A stretch of 24,187 bases of DNA, taken from NCBI RefSeq assembly GCF_004010195.1, contig NC_057759.1, forward strand, positions 634,264 to 658,450, written 5' to 3'. Each line of letters starts with the position of its first letter. The stretch's first letter is position 1. The notes below the pieces were generated by a model, which saw nothing but the letters and a program-made list of their open reading frames with translations, made no database searches and was not told the origin of the DNA. A program made the position numbers and the translations under genes. Origin of the DNA: Chiloscyllium plagiosum. Its lineage: Eukaryota. Positions 10,343 through 19,756 of the stretch are shown one piece after another.

Positions 10343-10418
10343 AGGCTCTGCTTCCAGTCGATTTTCGTCAGTTCCTCTCTCATGCCCTCATAGTTGCCTT
10401 TGTTTAACTGTAACACCA

Positions 10419-11400
10419 TTACGTCCGATTTTGCCTTCTCTCTCTTTCAAACTGCGGACTGAACTCTATCATATTATGATCGCTGCTTCCTAAGTGTTCC
10501 CTTACTTTAAGATCTTTTATAAAGTCTGTTTCATTACATAGCACTAGGTCCATAATAGCCTGCTCCCATGTGGGCTCCATGACAAGCTGTTCCAAAAAGC
10601 CATCCTGTAAGCATTCCAAGAATTCCCTTTCTTTGGATCCACTGGCAACATTATTTACCCAGTCCACCTGCATATTGAAGTATCCCATGATCACCGTGAC
10701 TTTGCCTTTTCTATTTCCCGGTACATGTTGTTGCGCCTCTGGTCCTGACCACTGTTAGGAGGTCTGTACATAACTCCCATTATGATTTTTTTTCCTTTGT
10801 GGTTCCTCAATTCCACCCACACAGACTCCACATCATCCGATCCTATGTCATTCAGTGCCATAGATTTAATTTTGTTCTTAACTAACAAGGCAACCCCGCC
10901 CCCTCTGCGCACCTCCCTGTCTTTTCGATAAGTTGTAGATTAGGTTAGATTGCTTACAGTGTGGAAACACACCCTTCGGTCCAACAAGTCCACACTGACC
11001 CGCCGAAGCGCAACCCACCCAGACCCATTCCCCTACATTTACCCCTTCATCTAACACTACGGGCAATTTAGCACGGCCAATTCACCTAACCTGCACATTC
11101 TTAGATTGTGGGAGGAAACCGGAGCATCCGGAGGAAACCACGCAGACACGGGGAGAATGTGCAAACTCCACACAGAGTCGCCTGAGGCGGCAATTGAACC
11201 CGGATCTCTAGCACTGTGAGGCACTGTGCCACCATGCCACCCACTATGTTTAACTCCCAGTCCCGAACCCCCTGTAACCATGTCTCTGTGATGCCTACCA
11301 CATCATAATCATTCACGATGATCTGTGCCATTAGTTCATCTACTTTGTTACGAATCTACGAACATTCAGGTAAAGTGCCTTAATGCTAACATTCTTACCA
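10419..11400 (-). pseudogene. CR1 ORF2 endonuclease domain (fragmented, SINE-interrupted)
   Basis: LYLNVR, YDVVGITETWL, GGGVALLVK, GVMYRPPNS, MGYFN..DW, DLVLCN, LGSSDHNMIEF. Confidence 0.92.
10936..11242 (-). mobile_element. tRNA-derived HE1/V-SINE-type SINE
   Basis: Minus strand: gggtggcatggtggcacagtg head (A-box region shortened), B-box-like ggttcaattgc, V-domain gagtttgcacattctccccgtgtctgcgtgg..ggtttcctccca, CR1-like 3' tail gaccgaaggg..ctgtaagcaatctaacctaatcta. Confidence 0.92.
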
Positions 11401-11804
11401 TTGGAGATATTGGAAGTCATAAGACGTCCTAAGTTATCCTTCCTTTTTGTTGCATTCCTAATCTGCCTCAAGCTTAAATCCACCTGCATACATGCTATTC
11501 TCCTGCTTATCTTTTCATTTAACTCCATACTCCCTGTCGCTTTCACTTTCCCTTCCCCCCAATTCAGAAGTTTAAAGTCCTACTGACCACCCTATTTATC
11601 CTCTTCGCTAGAACATTGGTACCAAATCACTTCAGGCGGAGACATTCCCAACGGTACAGATCCCCCCTCCCCCAGGTTCCAAAACTGATGTCAATGCCCC
11701 ATGAAATGGAATCCCTCTTTCCTACACCAACCCCTTAGCCACGTGTTTACTTTCCTAATTTTCTTATCCCTATGCCAATTGGCACGTGGCTCGGGCAGTA
11801 ATCC

Positions 11805-12352
11805 CAGGACACCAACTCGTGGAATGTTTCAGAGAACATCTTTGAGACACACACACCAAACACACCCACCACCTTGTGGCCCATTATGTCAACTCACCAT
11901 CTCACTTTGCCAAGCATACGCAAGTCTTGGACATTCTCCAACGCCAAATCTAAACCACTCGATGCATGGAAGAAGAACACCTCATCTTCCGCGTACGGAC
12001 CTTCACCCACACGACAACAATTTCGACTTCGGCAATTTCCTCATCTCCATTCCTCCCATCTCATTCCAGATCCAAACATCAAACCACGGCCGTTGTGAAC
12101 TGTCCTATTTGTCCATCTTCCTTCCCACCTATCCGTTCCATGCCTGCCACATGAGCTATCACTATCACCCCTCCACCTTCATCTAACTTTCGACTTCCCA
12201 CCTACTTCCCCACCACACCCACCCTTCTACCTAGTTTCCAGCTCTCTTCCAGATCCACGTTCCTGCTGAAAGGCTTATTTCCAAGAAGTCGACTCTTCTG
12301 CTCATTGGATACAGCCTGACCTGTTATACTTTTCCAACCCAGCACTTCTCGA
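11805..12352 (+). mobile_element. Penelope-like element 3' fragment (GIY-YIG endonuclease C-half + terminal repeat)
   Basis: ECFREHL*..LVAHYVNSPSH..QVL..MEEEHLIFR, followed by a decayed terminal repeat (ctgctgaaaggc..gtcgactctt..gcctgacctg..ttttcc) homologous to 10257-10342. Confidence 0.85.
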
Positions 12353-12575
12353 TACTATTTTAAAGAACACAGGCAAATAATCCAAAGACTACTTATCCTT
12401 GGTAAAACCATACTAACGCTGATGCTTAACTTTTCAAATATCCTGTTGTTACTTTCTTGATAATGGATTCTAACAAACTGAATTAAATCCCAACAATTTA
12501 CACACTGCTTTTTATTCTCTAGAGCCGATGATTATTCTCAGGCCTTCCTTTCTTTATAACCTTTCCATTCTATAT

Positions 12576-13280
12576 TGTTATGGAGATGTGGGCGTACTGT
12601 ACCTTTAAGAAAATTAAAAGCTAGCAAAGCAACCTGATAGCACTAAGTGTTCTGAACAAAGTATAATGTAACATTTTGGTCCAGCATGTAGTGTAGTTAG
12701 TTGCCTGGAGATAAAAAAAAAAGAACTGGCCAATTAGATCAAATCATACCTCGAAAAATACAAACTCCAACTAAGTTTGAATTTAGTATATTGACAATAT
12801 TTAAAGCCAATGTCACAATCCGATGCTTTGTGGGTATAAGACCAGGAAATATTGAAAAGATGAGGGAGAGCTGTCAATCCACAACACATGCAGACTGCCC
12901 AGAGAATAGATCTCTTAAATGTACTCTGATCTATCAGTGACCTGTAAACAGAAATATCTAAGAAGGAAAGAAGACAGGGGAAAGCATAAACAGAAGATTC
13001 GACAGCTGGCAGGCTTTTGAAATTTGAATTTTGGTAAATCTTTATCAGGAGTTTTATCGAACTAGATTTGAACAGGGGCAAGGTAAAAGATCGATCAGAG
13101 GAAGGAGATGCAAATAGCTGTTAGTTACATTTTCTCTGTTGTACTTTAAGAAACAAAGTTGTTAATTTTCACTTCAAATAGTTCTTGGCCTTTCGAATTA
13201 TCACAGATTACCGTACGGGATAAATCTTCTCTGTGTTTCTGGTTTAATTTAAGCAGGACGGTTTACCCCGTGTGGTGACA
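12576..13280 (+). mobile_element. Probable solo LTR
   Basis: 705-bp non-coding block starting TGTTA and ending TGACA. TATA-like gtataag ~12835 and degenerate polyA-signal-like aaacaaag ~13151. No matching TSD seen. Confidence 0.5.
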
Positions 13281-14600
13281 CTTTTAGTATTGTGCAATGG
13301 ACACAACGTTGTAAATGAACAATTCCAGCTTCTACTTAAGCGTCTTTCGTGGCTGATTGGACTCATTCTATCCTTTACGATTAGGTGAATATTCTCCTGG
13401 CATTCCATTATTATACTCTTGCTGATCAGCATGTCCTGCTCCTTTTCCTGAGCAATCTGGTCGAATTCCAAAAGTCCTCGCTTGTTGCGCTATGAGAGAT
13501 TTGAATGCTTATGCAATCATCCTGCTACAATATCACATTTCAAATGCAGAAGGCTCTCCTCGTGTTTCTCCATAACAGGCATAAGATAGTGAACAATCTC
13601 CTCCTGTATACTGAAATGGAATTGAGGGAGTGATTGATTTTCTCACAAGCCCATATAACAGACCCGTGGCTGTATCATGTGACCCTTTCCTGTAAAACGG
13701 AACTCTCAAGCAGTTTTGTGTGTGGCAATGACGCTCCTATATCGAAGTTATGGTGTGCTTGTTTTATTTTTTTCCCAACAGGATTTGTAAAAGACAGAGA
13801 TTCTGGCCTGTCTGAAGTAGAGACTTTGATTATGAAGGCGACAATCGTGAAAAGAACTTCTGGATTGTTATGAAAACACTTGTGATACGAAAGTAGAGGG
13901 ACCAGTTCTACCAGATCAGGGATTCTTCTAGTTTGCTTTGTTTTAGCTGGGGTTCCTGAGAAGCTGCTGGGGGAAAAAAACGTGTTTCCACGTTTCAGCC
14001 AATGATCCCTAGCTGACGATCTCTGCTTTCTCCCTCCTCTGTAAGAACATTTGGTATTTCAACTTATCTTTTTTGAATAAGAGTGCGTTTAAGGGATGTT
14101 GTAGGAAATGTTAATTCTGTTGTAGCAATCAGTTGAGGGAATAATCTTGCAGTTGCTTCGAATGCCCTTTAGTGGGGAGACGAAATCTGTACACACTTCT
14201 CCAGATGTGATCTCAGTAAGATCCTCTCCACATGCAGCAACACTTTATCAGCCTGCTGTAGGCTTTCCACCCAATGTCTCAGCTGTCTGGAGGAATGCAC
14301 AGCATTCTTGGAAGATCCTTGTCCTTCTCTACTGCACCTGCATAACGAGTCATCTGATGAAAATATCGCAATGACGCTTGAAATTATCCAATAGGATGTG
14401 GCGAGATCATCTCAATATAGGCTTCACCAAATATCTCACCTGAATCTACCATTAATCCCCGCAGAGCCCACGTTATTCGGATTTTACTGAAGGTGGTCAG
14501 GGTAGCTGAGGAACAGCAAGGAGAAGCAAACATTGATGGGAATTATGTATCAAAGTCAAACCAACAATACAAACATTTGGCATGTTGTGAAACAGGAATG

Positions 14601-14811
14601 ATATGGAGGTGCCGGTGTTGGACTAGGGAAGAAAAAGTTAAAAATCACACAACAACAGGTTATTGTCTAACACGATTATTTGGAAGCAATAGCTTTCGGA
14701 GCGTTGCTCCTTCATCACATAGCTGTGGAGCAAGATCATAAGACAGAACATGTATCTAAAATATTACTGTGTCTTTCAACTGAAACGATATATTGTTTTG
14801 TGATTTTTTAA
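14601..14811 (-). mobile_element. Terminal-repeat fragment of a second Penelope-like family with a mutated hammerhead motif
   Basis: Minus strand 14690-14718: gTGATGA-A-GGAGC-aac-GCTCC-GAAA-GCTA (first core C changed to G; AGCT palindrome). Flanks are unrelated to the 10257 family. Confidence 0.7.
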
Positions 14812-14879
14812 AATAAACCAGGAAATTAGATAGACTAGTATGCACTGCTACACTAATGGACGAATTTAATTTGCATATT

Positions 14880-16428
14880 AACTGTGTGAATCAAAGTCAA
14901 TGCTAATGCTGGGAAAAATGTATTTCATGAGCATGTATGAGATGCTTTGTTTAAGCAGGATGTTGAGCGCCGAGCGAGAGATTATAAAATTTTAGGTTTG
15001 GTGTTGTGTGATCCGAATAGCTCGTTCAAAATACTGCTGTAAAGGAGTTTTTGGGACTAGTGATAATGATATTTTTATTTTTTTCTATTATACGTGAGGA
15101 CAAAATGGTTTGTATTATATTCTTGAAATAACGCTAATAAACCTGAGTCATGCATGGATTTAAGATATGAGATGCATTTTGGCTTCTTTGAATTGAAAAA
15201 TCCACGAAATAGATGTAATAGAAGACAACAATGTCTTTACTTATAGAAACAACCTAATTTGTAGAATAAACATACATTGCTCCAAGATGCAAACAGTAAA
15301 AGGGAAAGTTAGTTTAAAGATGGTTACCTAACGTTTAAAATTACATTAGATGAAAGGAAGTAGCTCAGATAAAATGCATATGCCGTGGTAAGCCATGGAT
15401 TTAGAGAAATGTAGGACCAGCAAAGAGGGACCAATAAATCAATAAGGAAAGTAAAAAGATAACAGGAATGCAAACTAACAGGAAACATAAAGATTGCCAA
15501 AAAATTTCCATCAATATTTGAAAGGGGAAAAAAAAGTGCAGTTCTAATATGGAACAGTGAATTTGCGGATAAATTAATTTATCGCAGAGAACAGAAATTA
15601 TAGCGAAATTTAACAGTTACGTTATGTCAATCTTCAGAAAGTAACATCCGGAAAATCTCCCAGAAATTATAAGCGACCATGGGAAATGGGTAACTAAAGA
15701 GTAAAACCAACTATATCAGTGACGTGGTAATATTTGGAAACTTGGTTGGATTGAGCATTAATATGTCTAACAGAGAAGATGTACTTCAGAGTAAATGTTT
15801 TGAGGAAGCAGCAATAAACATCTTAATTGTATTGGGCATCACTGTGTTATTTTCCAATACATTCTACAAAAGCAGGAAGCTAATCTGTAGAACTTGAAGT
15901 ATTCTGACGTTTAAAGAAGGAAAGACGAGGTAGAGTGGTGAGCTAAAGATCAGTTAACTTGTCATTCTGTGTAGGGAATCTATTGGAATCTATGACAGAG
16001 GATGTGATATTGGATATTGAGAAACTAACAGCAACGTTCTAAGAACTGTTATTGCATTCATGAAGAAAAATTTCATTATTGACAAACTTTTTGACATTTT
16101 CGAAGATGCACTTTTTGGATAGAGGTAATGGAGAAGTATGGATACCCAGGAGGACCTTTTTAAGAACTCCCAATGAAATAGCAAACATGATTAAAGCGAA
16201 TGGCATTGGGAAGGACATATGCAAATAGAAAGGTAAAAGTTAGGTCTACTTTCGTTTCAAGGGAATTGGAATATAGAAAAACAGACGTCCTGCAGCAGTT
16301 GAATAACGTTTTGGAGAGGCCGTGTTTGGAGTATTCTGCATAATTTTAGAGTCGCAATCTACGACAGAATGTACTGACCACCATTTGTCAGGTTAATCCC
16401 TCGGATGCTAATATTGTCTGATGAGGAA
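14880..16428 (+). mobile_element. Very old CR1 ORF2 relic with internal deletions
   Basis: Scattered motifs: ILGLVLCD ~14990, SVGNLLESM ~15970, LTNF ~16080, LERPCLEYSA ~16312, LSDEE ~16412. Confidence 0.7.
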
Positions 16429-16429
16429 A

Positions 16430-16570
16430 CTCGGCCCTTCATCAGGAAGGGGTTTTTTCCCGAAAGGTCGATTTTCCTGCTCCCCTGATGCTGCCTGACC
16501 TGCTGTGCTTTTTCAGCACCACTCTAACTTTAACTCTAATCTCCATCATCTGCAGCACCCATTTCTGCCC
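16430..16570 (+). mobile_element. Short Penelope-like terminal repeat with a small inverted 5' piece
   Basis: cggcccttcatcagg (antisense core) fused to gaaggggttttttcccgaaaggtcgattttcctgctcc..gatgctgcctgacctgctgtgc..ctgcag. Confidence 0.85.
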
Positions 16571-16659
16571 TGTGTCCTCTAAAGTTTCAAATAATGGGAG
16601 GTGTTCCCAGGCAAACTTGAAAATTTCACTCAAATTTGACTGACAAACACAGGGACACG

Positions 16660-18390
16660 GGGATGTGTAAACAGGCAGGCAAAGGAAGAATTCGAAGATA
16701 TTCTACACATAAATCAAGTGGAAAAGTATAAGCACAGAACAATTAGGGTCCATTAGAAAACAAGGGGGTAATCTATATGTGAAGCTGGAGAACATTGACA
16801 GATTATCATGGGCACTTCACATCTATTTTACTTCAGCGAAGGAGCATGTAGGCTCATAATTTTATAAGATGGACTGTGAAGCACTTAAGTGGATTGATAT
16901 ATAAAGTGCGAGCTGTGATTGATAATTTTGCATAGTATAGGACTGGATGAAATACTCGGTACAAATGAGTTGTATCTCAGGCTACGTTTCGAGACAGGGA
17001 GAAAAGACACTGACCCAAAATGTTTTCTGTCAACTCTGTCCACGGGGAATTACTGAGACTGGAGAACAGTGAATGTGGTTCTCCCTTTACAGGAAGGGTG
17101 GTGGAGGTAGACGAGGAAACTATAGACCAGTAATTAGCAGATCAGAGTTAGGCAAATTACCAGATAAAATGGGAAAGAACATTATCAATCTCCATTTAGA
17201 GAATCAAGGTTTTATCAGGGATAGTCAGCATGATTATCAGAGGGAAATCATGACAAATTATAATTTTGAGCATGTCGGTTATATGGTCTCTTAAAAAACG
17301 GCTTTGACAAAACCCTATGTGCAAAACAGATAAAGGAAGTAAATTTACATGGTATCAAGGAAACCTTACATCCAATGTTGCCTTCGAGGCAGGAGACAGA
17401 AGCCATTGATAGTTTGTGTGACTGGAGACCAGTGTCCCCTGGTCTACCACAGGGATCAGTGCTGAGTACCTTATTATTTGTACTACTCATAAGTGATGTA
17501 GTTGTGAATGTGGATGGGGTTTGGAGCAGTGCATTATGTAAGTCTGCGTTTGACACAAAGATTGGCCAGGTGGTTGGCAGTGTTGAGGAAAGTCTTATGT
17601 TACAGGAAGATAAAAATGGAATGATCAAATGGGCAGATTAATGTTAGATGGAATGTCACACTGATAAATATGAGGTGATGGAATTTGAAAGAAGAAACCA
17701 GGTAATGGTGTACTCAATGAATGGTAGCACATTAGGGTGTTTCTCTACAGATCCCTGAATGTGACTGGACAGGTTAATGGGCTAGTTATGAAGGCATTGA
17801 GGACCGTAAGGATATCGTTTATTAAATCGAGCCAAGGAGTATAAGAGCTGCACAGGACGTTGTTTATGCCACAGGTGGAATACTGTGTACAGTTCTGGAC
17901 ACCATATTGCAGGAAGGATATGATTGTAGGAGTGGGTGCACAGGAGATTCTCTAGGATGTTATATGTGATGGAAAATATCAGCTACGAAGAGCGGCTGGA
18001 TAAGCTCAGATTGTTTCCTGTGCAGTAGAGTTGGCCGAGGAGCACGTGATTCAGAAGAATAAGAAAACAAGGGGCATGGACAGGGTGGATAGACAGCATC
18101 TGTCCATTTTAGTCAAAGGTCAAGAAAAAGGGAACACACTTTTAAACTGAAGGGGTTGAGGTTTAGAGAGAATGCGGTGGTTGTTTTTCTCCCAGAGCAT
18201 GTTGGGGTCTGTAATGTACTTCTTGAGAAGCGAAATGCCACGGATAACTTCACAATCATTAAAAAAAAATGGGCAGGAAGTGAAAGTGTAACATTCACAG
18301 CAATGGGCCTCATGTAGGATAATGGGACGATGGAAGATCGTGCTGTATTTCGGATGGTACAGACTCAATGCATTTGTGACGGTATGATTT
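16660..18390 (+). mobile_element. Old CR1 ORF2 + 3' end relic
   Basis: GNYRPVI, RDSQH, WRPVSPGLPQGSVLSTLLF, AFDTKIG, PQVEYCVQFWTP (~17870), SYEERLDKLRLF. Confidence 0.85.
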
Positions 18391-18399
18391 TGGAAGGTC

Positions 18400-19075
18400 A
18401 ATTAGTGAGCAGATTAAGGTAGGACTTTATGGGTTCCTGGAAAGTACATTAACAAGTTTTATGAAAGTGAACACCCATAACTATCAGGAAAGATCAGAGC
18501 AAACAAGTGCAGCTTGCTCGCTGTGTGAAACCAGAGAATGGAGAAAGGAGAACAGGGAAATGACAGAACTATGAAGCAATTTCTGTTTTCACAGATGAAA
18601 CTAAGACAAAAAAGGATCTTCCTGGCAATCCCAGAAAAGGTAAGTCTAGTGAGAACAAAAAAGAGCAGAATCAAATTACTAAATAAATGATTTTGGAGAA
18701 ATTATTTAGACTGGAAGTAATGAGCATAGAAAAACTACCAAGCCTGGTGTGCAAACTCAACCTTGGGTTTGTGACTAATATATGGACATGGTTTTAGAAT
18801 GGGAGAGCTGACAGAAAACAATGACTAGGAATGAAGTAATGTTTATTGGAGTGGAAGGCTCGTAGACTACTCCATGAATCGGTGCTTGCACCTCCACTCA
18901 TCCCAATTCATGTCAATCATTTGTTTTAGGGAATCAAATCAATATTTCTAAGTCTGGTGATGGCACTAAACGGTGTCAGATTATGAGTGTGTGAGGAAAA
19001 TGTAAAAACAGCTTCAATATGATTGAGATAAGTGGAGTGAATGGATAAATACTTGGCAGATGAAAAGCAATGGGG
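18400..19075 (+). mobile_element. Highly decayed CR1 RT fragment
   Basis: DRKQ, SVLAPPL..IHVNHL and ISKSGDGTK-like motifs at 18810-18970. The left part is uncertain. Confidence 0.55.
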
Positions 19076-19089
19076 GATGTTTTATATGG

Positions 19090-19756
19090 GTAATCATTCA
19101 AGTGTGGGGCATGGGCGTCGTTGGCTGACCAGAATTAGTCATCGATCCCTATTTGCCCTTGGGAAAGTGATGGTGAGCTGCCTTCCTGAATCGATGCAGT
19201 CCACTTGTTGGTTCGACTCACAATGCCAGTAGGGAGAGTATTCCAGGATTTTGACCCAATGACTGTGAAGGAACGGCGATATATTGGAATTCAGAGTGAC
19301 TTGGTGAGAAACTTGCAGGTGGTGGTGTACCTGTTGACTTGTCCTTCTAGATGGAAGTTTTTGTGGTTTGAATGGTACGATTTTCTGCAGTGCATCCTGT
19401 ACTTATTACACACTACTTCTACTAAGTGCTGATATTGGCGGGATTGAATGTTTGTAGATGTGATGTCAATTAAATGGGTTACTTTGTCTTGGATGTTGTC
19501 AAGCTTTTTGAGTGTTGATGAAGCTACAACCGTTCATTCAGATGGAGAGTATTCAATCACAAGCTTCACCTGTGTCTTGTAGACGTTGGAGAGAATTTGG
19601 GATGTCAGGAGGTGATTTATGCGCAGCATTGTCCCTTGTTTCTGACCTGCTGTTGTAGCCACGGCATTTATGTCGTGAGTCCAGTTGAGGTTCTGGTCAA
19701 TGGTCACCACAAGGATGTTTCCAGTCGGGGATTCAATTACGGTAAGTTTTTAATGG
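19090..19756 (-). mobile_element. 3' part of an L2/CR1-group LINE (different family from the HER1-like copies)
   Basis: Minus strand ends ..aggcagctcaccatcac..caagggc..gggat..ccaacgacgcccat..ttgaat. Sequence continues colinearly at ~22121. Confidence 0.75.

Larger units (their letters stand above)
7843..11804 (-). mobile_element. Relatively young CR1 LINE, 5'-truncated within ORF1, with three secondary lesions (tandem duplication, PLE hairpin, SINE)
   Basis: (cataagac)n tail at 7843-7870; ORF2 C-terminus 7937..8266; RT 8453..9556; endonuclease pieces 10419-11400; ORF1 esterase end GLLPEPRANWHRD..GWCRKEGF at ~11570-11804. Confidence 0.95.

Noticed and set aside
11160..11242. tRNA gene
   Set aside because: It is the tRNA-derived head of a SINE, with a deletion and no complete cloverleaf.
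12701..14741. Short ORFs (75-115 aa) as host exons
   Set aside because: No recognisable domains, and lengths are consistent with chance in AT-rich or LTR-like sequence.
16418..16432. ctgatgaggaaactc as an independent hammerhead
   Set aside because: There is no stem II between CTGATGA and GAAA. It is explained as decayed CR1 LSYEE codons.
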